Of a DNA stretch of 64,000 bases, positions 12,041 through 23,866 are shown one piece after another (positions within the stretch are counted from its first letter, which is position 1; every line of letters starts with the position of its first letter). Location: positions 1 to 64,000 of the forward strand of contig JAVECL010000022.1 of the NCBI GenBank assembly GCA_051942245.1, written 5' to 3'. The notes under the pieces were generated by a model. That model did not search any database and was not told the DNA's origin. It saw only the letters and a list, made by a program, of their open reading frames with translations. Origin of the DNA: Trypethelium eluteriae. Its lineage: Eukaryota. A program made the translations under genes and the position numbers.

Positions 12041-15000
12041 ATGATGGAAGAGCTAGATCCCGAGCTCTACACTGTAGCGTGGCTGGCGCCATTAGAGATC
12101 GAAGCAAAAGCCGCTCTGTACATGTTGGATAAATGGCATCAAGGCAGATTCCCCATGGCCAGAGGCAACGACTACGTCTACCAGGCTGGCGAAATCTGCG
12201 GGCACAACGTCATTATTGCAACTTTTCCAGCCGGCGAAGAATATGGCACTGGCTCCGCTGGCCGCCTTGCTAGCCAGGTCAAAAGCTTCTTTCCGAATTT
12301 GTGGTTTGGGTTTTTGGTTGGTATTGCTGCTGGACTTCCAAACTTCTCACGGACTCCACCTCTTGATATCCGCCTCGGCGACGTTCTGGTCGCTTTACCA
12401 AACGGCGAGAGTGCGGGACTAATAGCATACGACTTGGGGAAGGAAACTGAACATGATGGCTTTCAATTGCTACGCTCCGGGCATGTACTGGCAAAAACGG
12501 ATGTTGTCGTGAGATCGGCAATCACCAGCATCAAGCTCAGGGCTCCAGATGATACTCAAATGTTTCTCCGGTATTATGAAAGTATAAGGCTCAAAGAGCA
12601 CGCTAATGGTACTTTTGTTGCTCCTGAGCAAGATTTCGACAAGCTTTATCAAGTCAGTGAAAGGTCGCAAGAGTCCATTGTGAGAAGAGAGAGACGACAA
12701 GAAGATAAGCGTGTTCGTACGTGGTACGGACCGATAGGATCTGGGGAAAAACTCATGAAGAACGCTCCGAAACGGAATGAGCTTCGTGATAAGCACAAGG
12801 TCATCGGTCTGGAGATGGAAGCAGCTGGGACTATAAATTGCATCCTTGTTGGAGTTATTCGGGGTGTCTCCGACTACGGGATGGGCATAAAAATAATGAG
12901 TGGCAGCCATACGCTGCGGCTATGGCTGCTGCTTATGGAAAGGCAGTTCTACACGAAATCAAACCAAACCTGAAAAGGAAGAGAGCTCGGTCGGTAGCTG
13001 ACGCTTAGTACATCATGCATGCGCATCTTTTCTAGTGAAGAGATCAATATCCCGACTACAGTGTTGAGTAGCGACTTAGTCCTGGATTTAGCAACTACCA
13101 CAAATTCCGACAATGATCGGTCGAGATTACATCTGTCTCAGCGTGAGAAAGGTGAGGCGGCTGCTATAAAGAGGCAACTACCTACTGAGGATGATTTTTA
13201 GGACTCCTCAGATCTCTCTCGTTTCGCGAAATGGATCTACGTGAAAACAATATTGATGATGCCGCAGACGACACTTGTCAGTGGCTTCCCAGGCATCCCA
13301 GCTATGTGGCATGGTTGCAGGATTCTTCAAGCCTCCTCTGGATCAAAGGGAAACCTGGAGCGGGAAAGTCGACACTATTGAAATATGCGTTCAAGCAAGA
13401 CCCTAGAGATACGCTGATGGCGTCATTCTATTTCAACGCTCGTGGCCATGCATTAGAAAAAACTGCCCTCGGATTTTACCGATCAATCCTCCATCAACTA
13501 CTCCCTTTCGCGCCTGAATGTCTCTCGAGACTGGCCTTAATCTATGAACAGAGAAGCGAAGTCAGGGGATCAATTGAGAAGGAGTGGGATTGGTCCGAAT
13601 TCGAGCTCAAGAGTCAGTTGAGAGACTTGCTCCTGAACGGGGCCGATCGCCCTATACGACTCTATGTGGATGCTCTTGACGAGAGCGGGAAGGAAGTCGC
13701 TGTAGACCTCGTATACCTTTTTTCGGTGTTAATCAGAAGGGCCAGAAGCGAAGGGAAGTGCCTCAGTATCTGCTTCTCATGTCGGCATTATCCCATTGTT
13801 ATGAATACATTTGAGGATTTCACCATTTGCATTGAACATGAGAACAGCACTGATCTCCGGATGTATGTCCACCATAGACTCGAGGCAAATTGCATCTTCG
13901 AAAGCAAGGCCGAATTGCTGGCGAGACATATCTTAGAAAAAGCCTGCGGAGTCTTCCAGTGGATTAAGCTTGTTCTTCCCAAGGCCATTGACAGCTGCAG
14001 AACGGGTACAAGGATAGAGGCAATCCTAACGAAGATCAGGGCCCTGCCCTCAGAGCTGTACGATCTTTACAAAGCAATTCTCGCGGAAATCCCTGGCGAA
14101 GAAAGATCCGAGTCCTTGAAGCTACTGCAATGGATATGCTTTGCAATACAACCGCTTTCCGTGGGAGAGCTTAGAGATGCAATGGCAGTTGACGTAAATC
14201 CATCGTGCACCACTTTTAAAGAATGTATGGAGTCTAGCTCATCCACAGAAAATGATGAGGATATGGAGAAAAAGATACTTCATTTGTCAAGAGGACTTGC
14301 CGAGGTTAAAGTGAATGAATTTGCTCACCGTTATATCCAGTTCATTCACGAATCCGTCAATGATTTCCTTGTTCCAGATGGCCTGGTCCTCATAGATCAT
14401 ACCAATCAAGATGTCTTGCCAAGTCCAGTTCATTTCCACCTTGCGAGTATTTGCGTGCGATACCTCGACATGGATGATATCACTATATCTGCAGAGAAAC
14501 TGCACAACATCCATCACCAGACCACTCCCAGTAACCATGATTACGGCTTCCCACCCTACAGAAAGCCGTACGTTTACCAGTATCCTTCCAGGCGGTCCGT
14601 TTCCCCGCGCCCTTTCATACGGTACGCAACATTGTTCTGGATCAAGCATGCGAGAATGGCAGACGAGGAAGCCTCACTCCAACAGAGACTGCTTTACTTA
14701 TTCATACAGTTTCTTGGTCTAAAAGAGAGCCGGGTGGGATATTGGACTAAGTTACAGATGTTCTTCGGCCAAGGGAGCCACTACAAACGAAGGACAATTC
14801 AACACGTCATTGCTGAGCATGGGCTTTACAATCTCTTGTCCGCCTTCCTTAGCCTGGGAGATATCGACTTCAATGCGCAGGACTCCTTGGGTAATACACC
14901 TCTGCACCAAGCGGCAGGCGCTGGGCAAGTAGCAATAGTGGAGCTGTTAGCTGACCGTCCGGGTATCAATCGCGATGCAAAGAATGTATTAGGCGAAACG

Positions 15001-15555
15001 CCGCTGTCCCAAGCAGCGCAATATGGAAGTACCGCCATTGTCAAGATACTGGCCAAGCGCGATGATGTTGATGTCAATTGTAAGGACACGTGTGATAGGA
15101 CACCGCTACTGCGCGCAGCCTCCAGAGGACACGAAACTATTGTGAAATTACTAAGCACAAGAGACGATGTTGATGTTAACGTGAAGGATAATAAAGGCTG
15201 GACACCTCTAATAGCCGCAGCTTTTGGAGGGCATGAAGCAGTTGTGAGAATACTAGGTAGACGGCACGACACTGACTTCCACTGGAAGGATGTCAGTGGT
15301 CGGACAGCTCTATCCGCTGCAGCTTTTGGAGGGCATGAGGAAATTGAATTGTTACTGGGCAAATGGGGCGATCTTGATCCACGTATGAGAAGTGAAAGAA
15401 GGGTCATTCGCAGGCCGTTGATGCCGATACTTGACCACGTCCCACGCAAAATAAGATCTGAGGCAAAAATGACGGCCGTTGGACACTTTCCAAAGACAAG
15501 CGCTGCTGGAAGGAGGTCACGATATGTTTCAAAGCATGTAATTTATAAAGCATGA
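12041..15555 (+). pseudogene. fungal NLR-like gene PNP_UDP-NACHT-ankyrin, apparently disrupted by two 1-nt deletions
   Basis: PNP_UDP motifs (YTVAWLAPLEIE, LVGIAAG, DIRLGDVLV, EMEAAG); NACHT P-loop LLWIKGKPGAGKST and Walker B YVDALDE; ~5 ANK repeats (TPLHQAA, TPLSQAA, TPLLRAA, TPLIAAA); frameshifts at ~12878-12880 and ~13195-13199; probable intron 12990-13035. Confidence 0.8.
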
Positions 15556-16283
15556 TTCAAATCAGAGACTGAAATAGCTGGAGATGGGAACATGCCAAGA
15601 TCTTATAATAATGTAAACATGGGTCCGTGCTAAATATATACCATCTTGAGTCCTGACAGGAACATACACAGGCGTGGGAAACTAACCTTGGCTTGCGGAC
15701 CACTTTGGCCTCACCTATGGGAGTGCATGGGCAAGAAAGAAGATCGGGTTTCCCAGGCAACGTGCCATTCATTGATGCCGCTCATGTTGGATCAATGAGT
15801 ATATTATCACTGTGCATGGTGGCTGTTGTTTGACGATAGTTGTTTTGTGGCTGGACACTAAGCGACAACCCTAACCGATATCCTTTCAGAGGTGGCTGGG
15901 GAGATCAGAGCGCACATACCAGTATGTCAGGTAGAAGTATGTGATAATTTCTTCATGGATTTTCTGCGTTTGTGATTTCAATTACAACAATTCTATAAGA
16001 AAGGTTTATTTCCCAGCGCCGGATCCCCATCTATTGTTTCATGTCTTTGGTGGAATCGTGCCCTGCGACAAAATTGGTTAAGAGAATCAGTGGGCGTATT
16101 ATATATACATTACATATCCAATGTCGGCATACAAGGTTGGAGCCGCTCTTGATATGGAAAAAGCCCTCCAAATTCTCGCTGCATCCGCCAAGAGCAGACG
16201 CATGAGTGTCATACTCGTAATGTAAGAAATTAAGTCTGTTAACTATTAAAAGATTACGCTTCACCTGTTCTCACCCAAAAGTT

Positions 16284-17850
16284 TCATGATTGCGCAGGAA
16301 ACCCATTGGAGAAGAGAGAGAGACGGGCATTTCCACCACAGAACTCGGAAGAATTCCCTGGGCAATCCAATAGACATTGGCTGTCAACTGTAAGAACGGC
16401 CGACTGGCTGTTAAGCGTATCGCCACATAAACATTGAGTGGTGTTTTGCACACCGGCAATCGTAAAACCGGCCCCGACACAAGCGGAGGTGCAGAGTTGC
16501 CGTGTGTTTGAGCTGTTGTCATAGAGTATTGTTGGTAGGGCCTGGGCCGTCTCTGGGTACTGATTCGACCAACAGCCCTGGTATGTTAGGTTTCCGGCAT
16601 AGGTTGAAGTATCCGTCACTGGTGGAGTGTTTACCAGCGAAGGGTTCGGGTACGGGTCATCGCCGGATTGTTGGCGTGGATAGCCGAAATCGTAGGACTT
16701 GTTGCCGTCGCCATAAAAGTTGTCTGTGAACAAGCGGGCCAGCCCGGCAGAGGAGCCGAACATCTGACCATTGTCGTGGGTCACGGGAATATAATCGACA
16801 GTATCGCAATTAGTACCACTTGGATCGTCACAGCTCGGTCCAAATGCTTTGATGTAGTAGAAGAATCGCTCGTTCCGGTCTTCACCGGTACTGTAGGGAG
16901 CACAGTCATCAGAGTCATCTCCGTGGTCTAGCGTAGCACGACCGTAGGCGATCTGTTTGCTTTGATAATTTGAGAGGAGAACGTCGCGGCCTTGAGCCAC
17001 CAGGTCAGCTCCGTAGGTCATCGGATAATCCGTGAAATCCGAATAGCCCGAGCGATAATTATCATATGTTGGGCAATCCGCTGTCGATAATGGACGGTCA
17101 GTGCTGAGCCAGGCATAGCTGTCCGGGTTGCCAACCCAATGCGTCACTGGCGTATTGGACTGCTGAGTAGACAGCACAGCGTAGCGCTGAGCCATTTGAC
17201 CACCCATCGAATGACCGACAATCGTGATCTGCTTCAGGTTGGGGAAGAGCGTTGCATCGTCAAAGTATTGGATTAGAGTGTCCAAGACGGTGAAGGATGA
17301 GGTGTCGGTGCTTGCGCGTGGGTACTGATTGTTTGCGCCAGCCGACCACTGTGACCCTTTCCATACAAGAGCATTGGTAGTGGAGCCTTGGGTGCTGCTC
17401 CACGGATATGCGTAGCCTTTATCATCACCGCTGGTAAAGTAAGGAGCTATTACAGCGACCGAATCCTGGTTAATATTTGGATCCGTTACTTTTTCCAGAG
17501 CGTTCAGCGTCTATGAATTCGAATGAGTCAAGGCTGACGAGAGATGCGGATTCGGGAGGAAGACTTACATCGTTCGCATAGTTCCACGGATCCCTAAGGA
17601 GGCCATGAATGACGATGATTGCCCTTTGGATGTTACTCTCGACAATACGTTGTCCATTGGTCCCATGCGAATAATAATTGATCAAAGTGAGGTTATTGTC
17701 TGCACCGGTCGGGTCCGGGATGCGAAAAAATGCAACTTCTGCACGCGAAATCGTGGGTAGAAAAGCGCTAATAGTGTCTCCAGCGTATTGCTGGGCTGTC
17801 GCGGAAAGAAAAGAACATGCAAGGAACGAGAGACGAGCGAGAAGACGCAT
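16284..17850 (-). CDS. secreted alpha/beta-hydrolase-fold protein with C-terminal WSC carbohydrate-binding domain
   Basis: Signal peptide MRLLARLSFLACSFLSATAQ; IIVIHG; GHSMGG nucleophile motif; WSC Cys pattern YQGCW..CTSAC..AGVQNTTQCLCG..C..CPGNSSEFCGG; intron 17568-17511. Confidence 0.85.
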
Positions 17851-20222
17851 CCTGGCAGAAGATCAATGTGCCAAGACACTAGGGTATCTTGAAAATGCAA
17901 ACGACTGTAGAGAAGGGCAGAAGTGAAGAGAAGAAGATGAAAAGCATGCTAGACTTATCTGCTTGAGCAGGACCTTCTCCTCTTCTAGACGCAAGAGTGA
18001 GGTGTCTTTCGATATGCTATTTTTACAGCCATAAATTGGGAGCGGAAGATCTTTATCAAATTCCAGATCCACTTGGAGGTGCATGCAGTGGACCATGGTT
18101 GGAGCGCCTGTAGTCAGCCGCCCTCTGACCCACCCAACGCCTTCGAAAGGCTTGGGGGATTTTTTTGGTTATGCTCTCACGCTTGACGAAAATGATACAG
18201 GATTAGCTCCCGTCTGCGATCAGGAACAGAGATGCAAAAATTTATTGATCCCACGCGCAACGGCACGACGGATGATGCCCGGCTCGTCTGGAGATGCAGT
18301 GCTAGCAGGATAAGGTTAGAAACGGGCTGGCGGATCAGAGGCTTTCAGGGGTATGAGCCAGCTGAACCTTCATCACTGCAGATCCCTCGTCGTATCACCT
18401 TACCCTCTCACCCTCTTCAGACATGATGACGAGGCGGTCCACTGTGGTCTGCACGGCTCATGGCGAGGCTGCTGCAAGCCGTGGTGCCGTAAGACCTTAG
18501 CGGCACGCCCGAAAGAGCTTCAGGAACGGCCCACGCCCACCAAGCCTCTAGTTACTCCGTACTCAACCTTCTCAGCATATGGCCTTCCGATTTCATCGAC
18601 AATTATCAACGGTTCGTGGCCTAGGGAAATCCATAACTTCTAGTGTCTTCAGCCACGAGTGCCACGAGTGCCACGGTGGAAGCGACACAGCAAGCCCCTA
18701 TTTCATGACTCTACTGCGGTATCTACCGTCATCGCAACCGGGCTCGTTGGTCTTCACCCTAGACTCACCATTTCCAACTCAATTCTGGGTAGCTGGCCTG
18801 CTGCATTGTGTACGGGGGGAAAGGTCCAAACATCCGCCGAATAGAGCTCAAAGTCATGCAGTCATCCCGTGCTACGAGACTATCATCAATCACGACGGCA
18901 TCACCCACCAATCTTAGAGCCAGTGTCCTATGGCTGGTCCTTGCATCTGTGGGGAATGAATCGCATATACTTTCTCCTGACAAAGTCTGTAAAAAACCAG
19001 CTGTCTGGTCCGCATCCCAACCCGGTTGATGCCCTCGGTCATCATAACTATAGGTGCCGTTTATGCGCTCGTCCGTGGACGACAGGTGCTTCACGTTGCT
19101 GCAAGTGTTTGGGCCTTCTGGTCTCGCTCTAGAAGCTATCTGCATTGAGAGCCACGCGATCACCATTGAGCGCAGCCTTGACGTTCTCGCAACCCTGGGA
19201 TTCGGGAAAGTGGCGGTCTCGTCCACGCGCACAATAAACACTGTAATTAATCTCCCGAAGGTTTCGCTGGGATCGTGGAGCCGGACGAGTGCCGACACGC
19301 CATGTGCCTACCCTGTCCTTTCTGCACGATGCATGTCGGTGCTCTTGTGTTTGCAAACCACGTAGGGCGCTGACAGTAATCAGGACTGCACCGACTGCAT
19401 CTACAGCGGTCATGCTCTAGATGGCGTGTCCACGGGGCTGGAATCGGAGAAGTGCTGCAATCCCACCTGTCGGTAGGGTGAATTGGTTCAGGATAGGCCA
19501 CGCTTTGATGGTGAACTGTAGGCAACCGGTCCATCTGACGACTAGATTCTCACCCCGTGACATCGGATGATTTTAAAAAGCTGCCGGTTGATTAGCAAGT
19601 GCATGATGTCGTGAGAAGCTTCGACAAATCAGAAATGTGAGTGTATCAAGGAGCATCCATATCTTATCGTGGGCTCCTACGGTAGCGTAGGTAACTACAG
19701 TTCCGTACCGTATAAAGCTCGGCTGCAGCTCAATTGGGCAGGAACGTAGTGGTGAAATATTTAAATATAGCCTTGATCTCTGCATCTCTGCATAGACTAA
19801 TGCAGATTAGCCCCCTGTCGGACCAACCGAAAATACATCAAAAGACAAATACCCCTACCTTCAAATCGCCTCATGATTGTTCTGATCTTGGTTCTCTCAG
19901 CCTAGACCTCGTCGTAGAATCGAACGTTGTTGGGCATTATTGTACTATTTGTCTAGATGGTAGTGCTCCATGGCAACTTCCTGTTGCTTGGAGGAGGCAG
20001 AGGCCCAAGCTCCTGGAGCTCATCGAGATGCGGCAACCCCTCATCCGGGAGTGACGTAGCTAGCAGGGCAGGCCTATGAACCTCTCCTATCCACTCATCA
20101 GGCTCTTCTCGTAGTACACCGTCCTCGCTTCACAATTCAAACGACTCGGACGCTCAAATCAAGGACACCTATCATACCATAATCTGTGCGTTGCATTTCA
20201 GTATCCGTCAATTGCAATCAAG

Positions 20223-20722
20223 ATGCTCAGAACAACCATTGCCCGTCAAGCTCGCCTGTTCTCCACCTCGCCACGCGTGCAGAAGACGGTCGTCGACTCG
20301 GCAAAGGACGCAGTCAAGAAGGTCGACAGGACTGTATCAGATGCAGCAGTAAAAGGCATTGAGACTAGCGGTATGTGAACTCCTAGATCTTCTATACCGT
20401 ACCGTCGCTCCCCTTGCATTAGCCACCACCAGCCATCTGTCCGAGAGTCATTTCGTCATTACGTGTTTACCATATGCAGCTGCAACCAACCCATGCTACC
20501 AGCAAACCAGTTTTCATTTCATGCAGATTGTCATGCTAACACTCCAATCCAGAGAAAGCAACGCAAACCGCTGCCGAGACCATTGGCGTCAAGTCAAAGG
20601 AAGCCGAAGGCAAGGCCAAGGAAGTTAGTGGAGAGGCCAAGGGCACAGCCAAGGAAGTTGCTGGGGAGGCCAAGGGCAAAGCGCATGAGGCTGCAGGAAA
20701 GATGAAGGGCGCTACAGAGTAG
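20223..20722 (+). CDS. small LEA-like protein with probable mitochondrial presequence (2 exons; not in the ORF track as such)
   Basis: MLRTTIARQARLFSTSPRVQKTVVDSAKDAVKKVDRTVSDAAVKGIETS | intron 20371-20552 (GTATGT..GCTAAC..CAG) | EKATQTAAETIGVKSKEAEGKAKEVSGEAKGTAKEVAGEAKGKAHEAAGKMKGATE*. Confidence 0.88.
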
Positions 20723-21438
20723 ACAAAGTGCGAAGTCTACCAGACTCGAATGCGCGCTGGATGGACGAGTGGAGATAAAAAAGTGCATGGTTAGAGGTGA
20801 TGAAGCAAGTTGCTGGATTGACAACGGCATCAGCATGGTGAAACTGCATTATGAGGGAGTGAGACCTTTTGGTGAAGGCGCAGCTGTACTTCTCTGTGTG
20901 CTATAGTTCAATTACCAATCCCTTTCGCTTTGCCGTCGGTCACAATAATTTGAAATCTGAGGCTTGGAGGTGCGATACAGCAACAGGCGCATTGTATAAA
21001 AGGTCAAACTGATTAGGTCTCAAGGTCTAGTACCCATCTCTGATGTCGACGAACGCAACGAAACAATAAAGGTTTTCTGATGCGAAACGCATGATCAAAA
21101 CCTCTTATCGGCATCAAATTAGCATCGGAATTTTTCACGCCATCTGGCAAGAACCTCACTCCGCACTCTAGATCGGCGCCTAGGATCCCCCTCACAATTC
21201 TAAGCCGCAAGTAACGTGAGTCGCTTCGAACACCACTGATATCAAGCGGTCGTGACTTTAGCGTTGCCAAGAGCAAAATCTAAGAGCCCCAAATCTTATC
21301 AGCCAATCATGGCCCAGCTTTTTCGCCGCTGTAGATAACACCACTGGGGCTAGACTTTTATATATAATCTTAGGTAAAACCCGTGAAGATTTCTACGACT
21401 CCCTCATATGCTCTTGCGACAGTCGCTCTAGCTTCACC

Positions 21439-23476
21439 ATGTCTATCCAGCAGGAGCGTGCAGAGGGGAGGCGAACCAGCAAGATCGAGATCCAAGACGA
21501 GAATCGTCTGGCTGAATTGGGATACAAGCAGGAGTTGAAACGCGATTGGAGCGTACTGCATAATTTTGGCGTCTCGTTTTCGATCATTGTAAGTGGAACC
21601 TCAATATCATCTCCAGATTCGGCACTGTGGCTTGAATTCGTTTGATTAAAAGGATGCAGTGAAACACTTACAAAGACTACATTGGCCATTCAGAAGAGTC
21701 GTCTTTCAATCCTGTTTTCTTTACTTTTTACCTCCCCGGTCAGCGCTCTCCGTTTGAACCCAAAACTCGTATTCCGTCTATTTGATAAGATTGGACATCG
21801 TATTTTAATGAGCTAGAAGCATGTTTACTCAAGTCTAAGCAATGCTTTTATCATAATTGTGCTATTAACACCATAAGATATGAATTGACTTTCATTTCTC
21901 CCAGAGCGTAGTGACAGGCATTACAACGCTGTTCAGGTAAGCCCCTGATGCCTCTCTGGAACGATCCCCCGAAGCTCATCAAGCACAGCTATGGTCTTAA
22001 TACGGGAGGACCCAGCGTTATGGCCACCGGCTGGATATGCGTGTCCTTCTTTACCTTTTTCGTAGGACTGAGCATGGCCGAGATCGTCTCTGCCATTCCA
22101 ACGAGCGGCGGACCATACTTCTGGGCCGCCATGCTGGCCCCAGAGGAACACGCCGCATTCTTCTCCTGGATAACCGGCTGGTTCAATTTCGTCGGACAGG
22201 TACAGAAACCCCCCAAACCCCTCTGATCAACCGAACAAGCCACATCTCTAACCCGAACCCCCAGTTCGCCGTCACCACTGGCATCAGCTTCGGCCTCGCA
22301 GGCCTAATCTCCACGACCGCCACCGTCAAAAACGCCTACACCCCCACCGCCGGCCGCACGCTCGGCATCTACATCGCCATCCTGGTCTCGCACGGCCTGC
22401 TCAACAGCTTCGGCGTGCACCTCCTCAAGTACTTCAACAACAGCAGCATCATCCTGCACAGCCTCGGCGTCGGCAGCTTCGCCATCGCCGTCGTCGCCGC
22501 CGCCCCGAAACACCAGTCCGCCCGCCAAGTCTTCCAGCACTTCAACGACGGCACCGGCGTCGACGGCGCCCCGGGTTGGTCCGTTCGCGCCTCTCCCGCC
22601 TACGTCGCTATCTGCGGCGTCCTGCTCTCGCAATATACTATCACGGGCTTCGATGCGAGTGCGCATTTGAGCGAGGAGACGCGGAATGCGTCGTGGAGCG
22701 CGCCTATCGGCGTGCTGACGTCTATCGGGGTCTCGGCGGTGTTCGGCTTCTTCCTGCTGCTGTGTCTGTTGTTTTCCGTTCAGGACTTCGAGGCGACGGT
22801 CGGGTCGAGCTATGAGCAGCCGGTGCTGCAGATTCTGGTGGATATCTTTGGAGAGAATGGCGCGGTGGTCTTGATGACGCTAGTGATGCTCTGCGTTTGG
22901 CACTGTGGCTTGTTTAGTTTGACCTCCAACTCCCGCATGATGTTTGCCTTTTCTCGCGATGGCGCGTTGCCGCGGTTTTTTGATCATGTGGATGGGAGGT
23001 TTCGTGCGCCGATTCGCACAATCTGGCTCGCGGCGTTCCTAGCGTTCTGTCTGTCGCTGCCAAGTTTAGGGAGTACCGTGGCATTCTCGGCTGCCACGAG
23101 TATTGCGACAATTGGGTTGTATCTAAGCTATGCGACGCCGATTGTGATTGCATTGATCTGGCCGAAGAACTTCAAGAAGGGGCCCTTCAATCTTGGGGCG
23201 TTTAGTCGGCCGGTAGGGACGATCGCGTGCCTCTGGGTGGGTTTTATCACTGTTGTGTTCTGTCTGCCGACGTCGAACCCTGTGGATAGCCAGACGCTGA
23301 ATTATACGCCTGTAGCAGTGGGGATCGTGGCGGTTGGAGCATTCGGCAGCTGGTTTCTGTGGGCGAGGACATGGTTTACGGGACCGATTAGGCAGATTGA
23401 AGCTGAGAGAGCAGGCGTTCCGATTGATGAGCCCGGAGTGTTAGAGGAGATGGAGAGGGAAGGGAAGTTACCTTAG
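21439..23476 (+). CDS. APC-superfamily amino-acid/GABA/polyamine permease (UGA4/TPO5-like)
   Basis: LAELGYKQELKRDWS..NFGVSFSII; MAEIVSAIPTSGGPYFW; WITGWFN; GFDASAHLSEET; SRMMFAFSRDGALP; ~12 hydrophobic segments; 3 introns. Confidence 0.93.
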
Positions 23477-23866
23477 GGCGATCAAGGCATGGAATTGGAA
23501 ATACCGACGCGCCATGTTGGGGCATTGAGCAACTGCTTCTAGCTTTGCAACATGGTTGGAGGCCTCCTTGTATGAAGCTCTGGACATAAGATATAAACTC
23601 TTTCTTCGAATTGAAGCAGTGGCATTTATAGTACGTTGTAATTGCCCGATGAAACAAGAAGCGAATAGTAACATTTCATAATTCGTCATGCTCGTAAGCA
23701 CTATGCTGATAATGTACAGGATACGGTAGTATCGAACAAGATGTATTGCAGGGACTGGAGTATACATTAGTCGTGCCCGGACGCTTCAATAATGTACAAA
23801 TGATTCGTCTAGCGAATGAGCGCCATTACCGCGGAGCTCTCTTGAGATCAATGTCAAGGTTTAAAC

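Noticed and set aside
17900..20200. Cluster of 70-177 aa ORFs between WSC-hydrolase and LEA genes
   Set aside because: No recognisable domain, codon bias or consistent splice model
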